Below, one piece after another: positions 54,134 to 64,000 of a DNA stretch of 64,000 bases. The stretch comes from Phoronis australis (lineage: Eukaryota; Animalia; Phoronida): NCBI GenBank assembly GCA_002633005.1, contig NMRA01000457.1, positions 301,219 to 365,218 on the forward strand. Direction: 5' to 3'. How positions within the stretch are numbered: the first letter of the stretch is position 1; each line of letters opens with the position of its first letter. The notes beneath the pieces were generated by a model that was given only the letters and a program-made list of their open reading frames with translations, was not told the origin of the DNA and searched no databases. A program made the translations under genes and the position numbers.

Positions 54134-57100
54134 TTACCTCTACTCCTTTTGAGACCTCTGCCCACCCACAAAAAATTTTCAAGGTTTCTTGATTTTTTAA
54201 AAAGCTTAACAAATGCACTTAAACAATGGAATGCAAAGTTTGGAACGCTATGGTTTACCCAAACGATGGGTAAAAAATTACACATCATTTTTGTTCGTCT
54301 CACGTAGATTTTCTTTTCTGAAAAAAGTGAGCAACTAAAACAAATGCCACACCACCGACTCTTCCAACAGCAGAGACAAGAAGCATTGGTGCGTTTTAAG
54401 ACCAACCGTAACGTCAGCGTTCGATTTCAATAACCCCTTTCGGCAAGGTAAGTTAATAAAACAATGAAAACATGCTGTCAGCAGTTAAGCAACAACTCGT
54501 TGAACACAATACACGATCACCTTGGCAGCAACAAAAACTCACGACCAACTGCATAAATTATTTAAATGAGGACACCCACAAGGTTCCATATTTAGAAATC
54601 AGTGTAGAAAATCACTTTGGAAATTACCTGAAATACGTCGTGTGTCAGTTCAGAAGCAGCGCTAGTGAAGTCGAAATAGTCGTATGTCTGTGTCAAGTCA
54701 GACCATTGGTTGTTGCTGCCATCTTCGTATTGTCGCCTTCTGATTTTCAGACGCACTGGTACGGCGTCAAGGTTAGGATCAACTGTTTCCCAGCTTGGTG
54801 ACACTTTAATGTAGTAACCAGCATGGGAGCAAACTAGTACAATACCAAATTATCTAAGCATCTGCCTTGTCGAAAAATTCTCTTGCGCATGCTCAAGCCA
54901 TTTATTCACAATCGGAGAAGGCTGAGAACTTGTCTTCTTATATGTCTAAAATGACGCTAAATACCGTTTGGTCTAGAATGAAAACCAAAGAATCATGAAA
55001 TTGCGATAAATAAAGCTCGGGACACAAAACAAAGCGTTCTTACCTAAGAAAAACATGTCCATATCTATCATAGAACGTATCTCATCCATGTAGAAACAAG
55101 TACGCCATCTGTCGGTTGGGATTCCTCTGACGTCAGTGGTTCCATTGTAATGCTTGAGAATGATACAATTGCACCATTACTACCTTTTGATTACTATTTG
55201 TGGTATTAAATTACACGATTATTCCACCTTTTGACAAAAATTAAAGCAAAAACCCGATTTGATTATACGGATCATGTGTATGGCAAGAATTAGTAGTCCT
55301 AATACAACCATGGTATATGAAAAGATTGGAAATAAATATGTAAATCTTGAACCGGCGTGGTGTGAACGGCATCTGTTGGCCACATCACATGACCACAAAA
55401 GAGTGCTTCCCCGACTGATACTCCAACCTGGGACCTTCTGCAGACCAAACTTAAAAATGTTTGCGAATCATTTTGGAAATGAAATTTAAATGAATCCTTG
55501 GACATTTAAAGCAGCTATGAACCCGCCTTGCATCACGAAACAAGCCTTAAATCATACCACGCACCCTTATCAAATTTGTCTCAAGACTTTACCGAGTCAA
55601 ATAGAAGATGAATTCAAGGCTTCGAAAGACCTGGCTTTATGTCATTTACTGTCTGGGAGCGTCTCTGAAACCTAGCGCGTCACGGCGTATCATTCTCTGC
55701 GCCGAGCAGGGTCTCCAGGAACAGCGAACTGTAAATTTATTTCAAACCCAGAAATAATCTCTCGTAAATAAGGAACAAGTTGAAACTAATGTTGTAGCGG
55801 TAAGTAGAACAAATCAAAATGTGCCTTCTCGTTGGCTTATAACCGCTTTAAGGGCGTTTGTGGTACGATAGAGACAAGTTTTGTGTGTCTAAGAAGCTAA
55901 CACTGCTTATCTGACATTTGAGAAGAACTCACCAAGTTATGAAGCAGCCAGTCGCCTCTTATGAGAAAGTTCGAATAGATCGCTTCTAAACTGCTGTTGA
56001 TAGGCACCACATGACAGTCACTACCTGAAATATACAAGTAGCATTTGAAGGGCCCCCGTGGCGGTCACTACCTGATACATGCAAGTAGCATTGATTGTAG
56101 ACAGGGAATAACCCTCACGATTACTTGTTTCATTCTCAACTCTGAGTAAACGTTGGAATATTTGTAGACGTTTCATCTATGTAAATTCTCTGATCGACAC
56201 CATTAAGCGGCGATACACGTTTCTGTCAAGCACAAGCATTGCTTTTAACCAACAGCTGGCAATTTATTGATAATTCTTAGACACAGAACGAACTTTCAAT
56301 TCTTAAACTGATAATCGAAATCTTAAAACAAAATCTAGCGCTTAAATTTACTTCAAGTTGGTTTCGATTTTAAGGAATGGTTTTATAACTCTCTGAAACT
56401 TCCAAAAATCACGAAATATTAGCATTTCAATAATCGTGTCAGTTTTCTCGCTACCTGTGTCGTTCCACCGGATTTCTTGTTGCGCTAGAAATAAGCTGTA
56501 CGACGTTCCCTCGCGCTGCTGAATAACCATCAGCGCCCTCTCTTGTGATGGGCCTCCGGATCCATCATAGACAATTCTTGCTTCAATTGTCAGATTGTGC
56601 TCTTCAATATTGGCCTGGACGCGGGTTGAATAAAACTGAGGGATCCTGGGTATCGCTGAAAATTGAAACATACAAACAAAGATTTTTTCGCAAATGGTGC
56701 ATGATCACGTGGGACTGATGAACTCTGGTACCAGCTGTGCCCGTTAGGACAAAACTTTACTGAGACTACTTGATGAAATTGACAGTTGTGCAGCGTTTCC
56801 ATTCAAATTTCGCGCGATGTGATTGGATTATTTTCGAGTGATTCTCAGTAAAGTTTGATGGTCAGGCGAGTCCCTGGCAGCAGAGCGCAAGTTAATTAGA
56901 ATAGACAATAATGTTTATATAAACTGAGTTCACCCAGCTTTTAGCGAACCAACGTTCTCTCGATTCACTCTCCATATTTACCACCGTAAATATCGCTAGT
57001 AGTCAATGACTAGAGACTTCCGGAATTAATTGAAATCTATTTTGCCTGGATCGTGCTACGAGTTACGTTACAGAGTAAAACATTTTTTTACCATTCATTT

Positions 57101-57685
57101 ATTGTCAGTTATTATGACATACATGTAAATAAAGACTCTACATACTGAACACACTGATGAAAAACGCCCGCGGGGGCGCTCCCAAAAATTGAGCCCTGAA
57201 TAGAGACATATGAAGTGAAAATGCGACGGAGAACAAAATTAGCTGAAGAGCCTAACAGAGATGAAGGGTACACATGAACACTTACCTAATAGAAACAGAC
57301 CCCGGGATTAGGGGGAGGGGGGTGTTGGTTGTAGAAAAGCGAATCGCGTGTTAATTGGAGTAGTATAGTTGACAATTAGTGACGATATACATGTAGGCCT
57401 AGTAACACGGGCATGAGAACTGACCAATGAGGAACAAATACGGTGGATTCATATCGAAGTAGTACAGTGCTAAAATAGAAAAAAAGGGAAAATATTCCCT
57501 ACATATACATATAGTTTGGGAACTTTTCTGTCCGAGTGAAAGCAGGCATAACGGGCCACTTACCTGAAAACTGGGGTTTTGTTCTGATACAAAACTCGTC
57601 GCCAATGAGTGCTTGCGATAACTGTAGATTGAATACACACAAAAGGCAGAATCTGCAAGGAGGAAGTAACCTTAGTTTTAACCAT
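37289..57685 (-). CDS. type-I membrane protein with two ependymin/LolA-like repeats, mucin-like stalk and TM helix (uncharacterised invertebrate family)
   Basis: Exons 5'->3': 57564-57685 (or -57652), 56455-56655, 55933-56024, 55044-55152, 54628-54803, [expected exon not seen], 50792-50885, 49740-49903, 48139-48219, 47161-47229, 45260-45404, 44328-44437, 42406-42570, 41106-41493, 37289-37413. Canonical splice sites with compatible phases. Repeat motifs YNGTTDVRGIPTDRW/FVGKRKVRDVWSEIW, IVYDG/VWYDAD, YDYFDF/NIIGFNF; TM GYSAGAMAGLGFAMLGLGIGLTLIV. Confidence 0.8.
39481..39633. mobile_element. small MITE-like element
   Basis: termini cgttcagtaacgctaggacc / ggtcctagcggctactgaacg; internal cctagcgtagg repeats. 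Confidence 0.5.
39744..40413. mobile_element. MITE with 3-bp TSD (PIF/Harbinger-like), containing the end of a further nested element
   Basis: 26-bp TIR cagccgatttcataaaggtggtttaa; TSD caa; inner terminus attagagaccgggccc at ~40331-40346. Confidence 0.75.
41106..41493 (-). CDS. exon: Ser/Thr/Pro mucin-like stalk
   Basis: IPTTYRTPPIPTKSPTTTT...SYVSGYSA; donor cag|gtaag. Confidence 0.82.
42406..42570 (-). CDS. exon of membrane-proximal domain
   Basis: FEYDGFQHCFFYAILLDAARVNG...KFVEQ; strong acceptor and gtaag donor, phase 0-0. Confidence 0.78.
43819..44005. repeat. 14-bp minisatellite, ~13 copies, nearly all with CACGTG
   Basis: (aatcacgtgcagtc)n. Confidence 0.95.
44328..44437 (-). CDS. exon of membrane-proximal domain
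   Basis: GLQNMDLVIAENAAINIKKLVAKRLGIEPLRIVKAE; phase 1-0. Confidence 0.8.
45260..45404 (-). CDS. exon: end of repeat 2
   Basis: LMPQTKPKLVEVVNIIGFNFSPENWKEFEDISHCYPPGTEIRFVITLD; phase 0-1. Confidence 0.8.
47161..47229 (-). CDS. exon: repeat 2
   Basis: SPWVTSPGVVYQVGTLIMIKTYK; ctttgtgtag/gtaag. Confidence 0.75.
48139..48219 (-). CDS. exon: repeat 2
   Basis: RKVRDVWSEIWIGRVGSNMTREWYFLS; tttag/gtaagt. Confidence 0.78.
49740..49903 (-). CDS. exon: repeat 2
   Basis: GIRYTIEMYDWGCLPSFI...MIGVNEFLG...VFVGK. Confidence 0.8.
50792..50885 (-). CDS. exon: repeat 2
   Basis: VWYDADSKMMKTSGKFSDTDTHETVIYDFNT; phase 0-1. Confidence 0.78.
51050..52860 (-). mobile_element. decayed, internally deleted L1/Tx1-clade LINE ORF2 in an intron
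   Basis: IYCLQDTHF, SNARGVCILL, LIDPWRHGNPD (AP endonuclease); IRKGDSITP (RT QGD-like region); PFWSCEFV and DVIFG...LNLI (C-terminal region); many stops and frameshifts. Confidence 0.78.
53277..53390 (-). repeat. interspersed repeat fragment; inverted copy at ~40841-40965
   Basis: shared ctcattca..caactccaaa, tggtgcac..cca.ctaaaatggcc. Confidence 0.55.
54082..54131. repeat. (GT)n microsatellite abutting a gap
   Basis: gtgtgt... about 25 units. Confidence 0.95.
54628..54803 (-). CDS. exon: end of repeat 1
   Basis: SPSWETVDPNLDAVPVRLKI...TYDYFDFTS...DVFQ. Confidence 0.82.
55044..55152 (-). CDS. exon: repeat 1
   Basis: HYNGTTDVRGIPTDRWRTCFYMDEIRSMIDMDMFFL. Confidence 0.82.
55933..56024 (-). 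CDS. exon: repeat 1
   Basis: GSDCHVVPINSSLEAIYSNFLIRGDWLLHNL; tatttcag/gtgagt. Confidence 0.75.
56455..56655 (-). CDS. exon: start of repeat 1
   Basis: IPRIPQFYSTRVQANIEEHNLTIEARIVYDG...RWNDT; phase 1-1. Confidence 0.8.
57564..57685 (-). CDS. signal-peptide exon (apparent +1 frameshift near 57646)
   Basis: ATG at 57685 gives MVKTKVTSSLQIL; the adjacent frame gives LLCVFNLQLSQALIGDEFCIRTKPQFS and ends at cag|gtaagt in phase 1. Confidence 0.6.
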
Positions 57686-58453
57686 GACGTGGGACATAAC
57701 AAAAACCGTGACGTTATGCGCTGCTGACGGAAGGGTTCACAAAAGTCACTTATCAAACATCGCTATAGCACTTTGTCATGCTTGTCTATTGTATGCGAAG
57801 AACTTGGGGAGTTGTTGACACTGGGAATGTAACTTTAATTTGGAACATTCCCGAACTTTGTATCAACTGCACTGATGCCCATTTTACCCATCTTGGCCTC
57901 CTGTTTACACGGTACGTGAGGTTACCATATCGTACAATTAATCAGGAAATTTTATGGAACCATGCATGTGTATGTGCACTACAATTAAGACGTAAACATA
58001 CAGTTTTAAAATAAAGGAAAACTAAGCTGACCCTTCGAACTGTATGTCTGTCTTATATTTTATCACATATAGAACGTGGAATGAGCACAGCTAGTTTTTA
58101 CCGGATTCTATCGCCTGTTAAAGAAGGCAAAAAGCAGAATAGACCATAGAATCTTTTAAAAAATGCTTTCATGTCACGCTTTACATGATGTATAATGGAA
58201 GATGAATAAACAGGTATCCAACAAAAGAGCGATACGATGAAAACGTCAGCTTAATTTTCTGTCATGTGTTTTGTACTCGTCAGTCTGGCCAACGATGTCA
58301 TTATTATCCAATATTTAAGAAACAATACTCAATTTCAGAGGGCTTTCAAAAAGGAGGATTGAATTGGCAAGCCGTTCTTAGGATTATTAGAAAATCCGTG
58401 AGCAATGTCAGAAGCCAGTCACTCTTCAGTGAATTCCTGTTAAACGACTTTAA

Positions 58454-59146
58454 AGCACAGGCGTCCTCGGCTTCTGATCGTCCCCAATACACTATATATT
58501 ATACTACAAGGTATGACACTCTAGACTAGAAATTCCACTGGTGCTTAACTTCAGCCTTCCATAGCAAACACAAAACTTAATAATTTACACAAAACAAAGG
58601 TTCAACAAACCACTGATGAAGAATTGTTCTTTCTCTCAATACCCTTTACGGTGTCCCGATCCACCGAGTTCGCAAGAAATTCGCGGCCAAAGCACAAAAA
58701 TCTTCCCAAAAAGTCCGTCTAGAGCAACTCCCGTGTCACACGCGAAGGGTACGGAATTATCCCATGAGTTACGGATGAACGGCAATTGCCGATTCATCAC
58801 GGAAAGTCATGGCATCGACAACTCGGCAATTGCCGTTCATCCGTAAATCATCGGATAATTCCGTACCATTCGCGGGTGACACAGGAGTTGCTCCGGACGG
58901 ACTTTTTGGGAAGATTTGTGGGCTTTGACCGCGATTTTCTTCCAAACTCGGTAGAGCAGAACACCGTAAATGGTATTGGGAGAAAGAACAATTCCTCATG
59001 GTTTGTTGAACATCTGTTTTGTGTAAATTTATTAAGTTTGATGTTTTTTTTCTGGACGGCTGAAGTAAATTTCTAGTCCGGAGTGTCATACCTTGTAGTA
59101 TTATATAGTGTATTGGGGACGATCAGAAGCTGGGGACGTCTGTGCT
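58454..59146. mobile_element. foldback MITE with TTAA TSD (Kolobok-like termini)
   Basis: ~340-bp imperfect arms centred near 58810; TTAA|AGCACAG...CTGTGCT|TTAA. Confidence 0.82.
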
Positions 59147-59360
59147 TTAAAGCAAGCTATTGGCAATGCAACTTTTCTGTGTGCTAGCGTTGTTTTGACC
59201 CAGAAGTTAATAATTGCGAAGTCTCTGCTTATAAAACGCCAAGGTGTACTTAACTAGTATCTTTCTTCGCGTTGAAATATACTTAATCAACGCGTAGTTT
59301 TGCTTAACCAACGCTTATTTTTGCTTAATCAATGCTTACTTTTAGTCAGTTCATGTAGTG

Positions 59361-60567
59361 TGTCACGTTTTTCCCCGTGTGTGGGTGGGCGCAGGTGGTT
59401 ACCAACCGGTGCTAATAGCTTTCGGTGCGATGATTGACTGAAGACTGGTTCGAGTTAATCCTTTATTAATCCCGACCGTACGTTCACAAGCCTACTCAAA
59501 CAAAACGTCCGACGTAATGTCTGTTTATGCTCCAGCCAGTGCTGCGAAGCCTTGACTTGTGNNNNNNNNNNNNNNNNNNNNNNNNNNNNNNNNNNNNNNN
59601 NNNNNNNNNNNNNNNNNNNNNNNNNNNNNNNNNNNNNNNNNNNNNNNNNNNNNNNNNNNNNNNNNNNNNNNNNNNNNNNNNNNNNNNNNNNNNNNNNNNN
59701 NNNNNNNNNNNNNNNNNNNNNNNNNNNNNNNNNNNNNNNNNNNNNNNNNNNNNNNNNNNNNNNNNNNNNNNNNNNNNNNNNNNNNNNNNNNNNNNNNNNN
59801 NNNNNNNNNNNNNNNNNNNNNNNNNNNNNNNNNNNNNNNNNNNNNNNNNNNNNNNNNNNNNNNNNNNNNNNNNNNNNNNNNNNNNNNNNNNNNNNNNNNN
59901 NNNNNNNNNNNNNNNNNNNNNNNNNNNNNNNNNNNNNNNNNNNNNNNNNNNNNNNNNNNNNNNNNNNNNNNNNNNNNNNNNNNNNNNNNNNNNNACGTGT
60001 TGGAAGGTACTAGTAACCTCAGACGTTACATTATCAGCGTTGTGAGCAAGTGTGTCAACGTGCCATTGGTTCAGTAACCATAGTAAAAATTCATGGGCAT
60101 CCTGTTGACTTCCGTTGCCAAGAGAGTTGTTCTGTAATCTTAGTTTATTCAAAATTTCAGACGGAGTTGATGTATACCTTTTAGTTGCTTCATATGTGTT
60201 CACAAGGATGGTTTTCATATTGTTTTTCTTGTTGATATTGTATTTGTGCCAGTTGAGGTTGCATGAAAAGATAGCTTGAAGTGTAGAGTTCACAAAACAC
60301 GTGTTTCCAATATTGCAAAGACCAAATCTTTTATCTTTTGTTGATTTTTCGTTTGTCTTCCTTGATATCGGGGATGACGAAGTAGCTAATTGTGTTTCAA
60401 TCTTGGGCTTAGAAATGTTGCAGAGTTGCCATTCTGTAAATTGCTTGTTATTTCTTGATAAATATATTGTATAGCTACATCTAAGAGCTGTCTGAGATGC
60501 CGTTTGGTATGCTTGTTTTTTGATTTCTTTGGGGACCTCGAGGAAATTCATTAGCTATACTCTGACA
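59361..60567 (-). mobile_element. solo-LTR-like element (TGTCA...TGACA, 5-bp TSD TAGTG) carrying a USP ORF
   Basis: tagtg|tgtcacg at 59356-59367 and tctgaca|tagtg at 60561-60572; minus-strand AATAAA ~100 nt from its 3' end. Confidence 0.7.
59995..60551 (-). CDS. intronless ubiquitin-specific protease (USP/peptidase C19) domain ORF, 3' part lost in gap
   Basis: Cys box GLCNIGNTCFVNSTLQAI and QQDAHEFLLWLL; open for ~185 codons until the N gap; His box not visible. Confidence 0.78.
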
Positions 60568-61608
60568 TAGTGTTATCACGCTCTTGCTCTCAAATCACAA
60601 AATTGCGAATTTTTTTTTACATTGGTGCAAGGCAACTTTTGAAGTTTGTTGCAGATTCTTATTAAGTGACCTCGTGAATGATGACGCCTTTTACTTTGTT
60701 AGGAACAGGTATGTTTCAAACTATGTTGATTTGGGAAAACTACGCGTTGATTACAGTGCTATGGTGGTAAAATCAGAGGTAAGTAGGCGCCCAAAGCTCA
60801 CCGTATCACCTTGAGTACTGAATTTTAAATGTGCATTGAATTCGCGAAACCTCCCTAACATGTAGTCATATTTTTGTGTCACGAGTGGGTATAAATTTCG
60901 AGTCTGCAGTGGCGAATCTAGGATGTCGCAAAAAGGGGGCCAAGCTACACATATAGGAAACCAAAGGTCCGCATGCATTCCAAGCGGTCTCTAAAAGGGG
61001 CCCAAACACAATTATATAAGACAATAGGCGCGTAACGCCCAGAAACGATATACTGGCAGAGTGTTTAGTCGCCCGTGAGGTGTGTCCTCGGGGCCCTTCG
61101 ATCGCCTGTTGAGAATCAAATTCATTTCGCTGAATCGTCATTCAAATTCAGCTGTACTGCAAGGAATAGTGCATAATGTAAAAAGATGACTGCCTGCGCC
61201 TACGTGCTCCTACGCCCCACTGTAACGTAACTTACGGTATGTATAGGCGCTACGTTCAAATGCCAAAAGGTGATTGGCTGCGTCTACGTGCGCCTACGCC
61301 CCACTGGTTGATTAACCAAAAGTGAGAGCTGAATGAGAGCAAAACTATGATCGTTTAAGAACCAAAAGTTCGCGTTGAATATGCATAACTACGCGTTGAG
61401 TACTGAAAACCACGAGTTGATTAAGCTAAAGTACGCGGTGAATAAGAGCAGAACGATAATTGTTTAAGAACTTACGCGTTGATTAAGTAAAACTATACCT
61501 GTTGGTAAAGCAAAACGTCGCAGTGAGCACATTTCAACGCGCAGAAAGGTACTCATTTAAAAACTCTTTGGCGCTTCAGATTTCATATCTGCTAAACGCA
61601 TAGGGCTG

Positions 61609-61764
61609 CTGGGGCGGATCTAGGATTTTGACTTGGGGGGGGCAGGGCAAAGTAATAGACAGGATTTTGCCAGTCAGACATTCGCACCCCTTAACTGCCA
61701 AATGGAATCTGGGAGAATATTAGGAGGGCCATGGCCCCCTTGTCCCCCACTAAATCTGCCACTT
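61609..61764. mobile_element. short degenerate MITE
   Basis: termini ctggggcggatctagg / taaatctgccactt; possible TSD ggctg; similar ends at ~34270-34290 and ~60907. Confidence 0.4.
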
Positions 61765-64000
61765 GGCTGGCCGGGGTCTAGAGCCGATGATGTCTGACCT
61801 TAATTAACTGACGGGGTCCCAATATAAACTCTATGGTGCAACTTGTTCTCCTTAATTTTGAAACAAATATGTGCCCTATCACATTTCTCACCTAGCAAAA
61901 GTTTGGAGCAAGTCTGAAACAAAATACAATCTCTTTTTTAAATCAGCGAGCATTACTAACGAGAAAGATGGGCGCTTCCACGTTGAACCGTAGGCCTACA
62001 CGTGAACCGTGTGCTTTACCAAAATGATGCTTTCGTTTTTCGGTGTAGTTACTGGTTGTGTAAAAATAGGTGTTCGAAGTCAGTATGAATTGAAATCACA
62101 AAGCGCTGGGTTAAATGCTAACGCAACAGTTTCATAACCAAGGCGATAAAACTGTCTGAATTTTAACCACTGGATTAAGACTACTGTGCACAAGAAATTG
62201 ATTAGTTAAAATGCGCCCGCAGTGTGACTAGTTAAAATACGCCCGTAGTATCAGGCCATCTTAAAAACTGTGGACTAAACATGGAGATACATGTAGACCT
62301 GTCCTGCTACGAGAAATTTGAATAAAATCATCTCAACTATACCTGACTACAGCCATTATTTACATCCTGTCACGAGGGGGTTGATTCGTGAGTCGAAACA
62401 CTGGTTGGAAACATTGCGTTTGTTATAATATAGTGTTTGTTTTATCAGTTATCAGTTTTACATGGTCAAAGGCTAGACTGTGTTAGGTCTACATATAGAC
62501 CTAATTCACGCGGCGGACATTAAAATCTAAAGCGAGGCTCACTGCGATAAACAAAGATTAAGTTTACCTTGCGTGAGTTAAATGTTCGGTCTTTCGAGTC
62601 CAACCTGGATATTAAATCTTAAAAATGTGTCGATAATTAGCCACAGAGACGTAGAAAAATATGTTAGAGGACAAATCAATGGACCAAAGAGTTGTCTGAC
62701 GAAAGGGTATAAGTTTGTTTTTTGGAAAACAAGGTTCGAAACATGGAAAGTAAATATGACCAAATTGCGGCCATCGCGTTACGGATTAGGTATTATGCTG
62801 TATCCAGTGTTACGCTTCTTCTTGTAAATTGTTGATAAAAATGTTTTCTACACGAACCAGGTCATCTGCTCGTATTTTGATGTCATGTACAATTAGTCAC
62901 ATCTCGTTTAATTTGTTGATAAAGAATATTAACATCAAGCATAGCCCCATGGTGAGGTCAGTAGGGACTACCGGGACTAACAGTTGATTTGTCATTAATC
63001 AGAAAGAATAATTGATGTTATTAAATATATGCTTTATTAAAATAAAAACCAGGCTCGTAATTGAAAATAAAAATTATTTGATCATCAGTTCTGCTTTCTT
63101 GGTGTTAATAATTTCTTAGTGTCAGGATTCAAATCTGGACCAAGTTGAATTTTAAAATCAAAACACCTAATTCGTTCATCCAAAGCATATACCTCGTTTT
63201 AGAGCTCAATTTCAGTTAACTTGACAGAACAACACGTTTCTTCCTAGGGGAACAGTGTTTGTGCCTTCTGAGAGGGCATTCTTTCGCCGAGAGTGAGGGG
63301 AAATCTACCTCCGGCGATCACCATCAGTAGCACCCCCTCCCAGTGTTGCAAGCTCTCATAGGCTCTGTCTCAAGTAGCATTTTGTGCTCTTTAAAATTGT
63401 CACCTGTGTGGTTACAGGTGATTCTCCGGAGAGAATTTTTCAATCACTAAGGGGAATTTTTAGACCAAATTTTCCGGAAAACGTAATCGGACTGTCGTTC
63501 AGTTCCTTTTCTGTAGACTATATTTGCTAAATACACGGACTTGTCGACGAAGTACTTTATAAGGTTAAACACTTTGAAATTGTATGGTACGGAATGACAG
63601 ATCTTTATTTTCATCTCCGTCCCATTGTTTACCCTCCAGGGTGCCCGTAGATGCCGCTTAATGGTCCAGAAGCGTGCCCGGCCAGCCCCAAAGGCCATCT
63701 GAGTTCTGCCGCGGAAGTCGAAGTTTTGGCTATTCTCAATAGATGTCTCTGTAACAAATTTAAACTACTTCCTGTTTATTTGCACCTGTACCAGCAATGT
63801 TCAAAAAGTGTGTTTTCGTTGCTGTTGGTTTATTTGGGCTAATCGTTATATTTAAAACAGTGATAGAACTTGCCTTATTTCTTTCAGGACAGCAAAGAAA
63901 GTCAAACGCTATCTGTAAGTAGACTATTTACTTTTCCAGTGAATCGCTTGTGGAGTGTTATTGCATTCACTGGGATACACAGCACTGCCTCCCGTTCAGT

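Larger units (their letters stand above)
59230..61581. mobile_element. degenerate TIR element with subterminal ~22-bp repeats, host of later insertions
   Basis: imperfect ~50-bp TIRs (aacgccaag...ctttcttcgcgttgaaat / atttcaacgcgcagaaag...tttggcgctt); repeats aatcaacgcgtagttt / aactacgcgttgatt. Confidence 0.55.

Noticed and set aside
56348-56454. 3' extension of ORF 56348-56671 as coding
   Set aside because: The donor at 56454 joins in phase to the GSDCHVVP exon, so the remainder is probably intronic read-through.
57286-57400. Extra exon ending at a minus-strand gtaagt donor
   Set aside because: The frame needed to join the next exon contains a stop, and no clear acceptor was found.
58616-59089. 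Pair of similar ORFs on opposite strands
   Set aside because: They are the two arms of the foldback element and show no protein motifs.

Overview
AT-rich animal (invertebrate-looking) genomic DNA with introns and five assembly gaps; it is not prokaryotic. Positions 58-30127 (+) hold the 3' 28 coding exons of an LRP4 orthologue: last LDLa module, 2 EGF, four YWTD propeller+EGF units, Thr/Pro stalk, TM helix, and a tail with NPNY and an unexpected PPPSP. All exon phases join in frame, one via a GC-AG intron. Converging on it at 37289-57685 (-) is a type-I membrane protein gene with at least 14 coding exons, mostly missed by the ORF track: signal peptide, two ependymin/LolA-like repeats, an extra domain, mucin stalk, TM. 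It shows a possible 1-bp frameshift and one missing exon. The rest is rich in transposons: a Kolobok-type element with a THAP relic, a hAT-like MITE, a foldback element, Helentron-like HINEs, a decayed L1/Tx1 LINE, a tRNA-derived SINE and minisatellites. The most unusual object is a ~1.2 kb TGTCA...TGACA element with a 5-bp target-site duplication (59361-60567) that carries an intronless USP deubiquitinase ORF starting 16 nt inside its end. Coordinates were read by eye and may be off by a few bases; family names come from motif recognition, not database searches.
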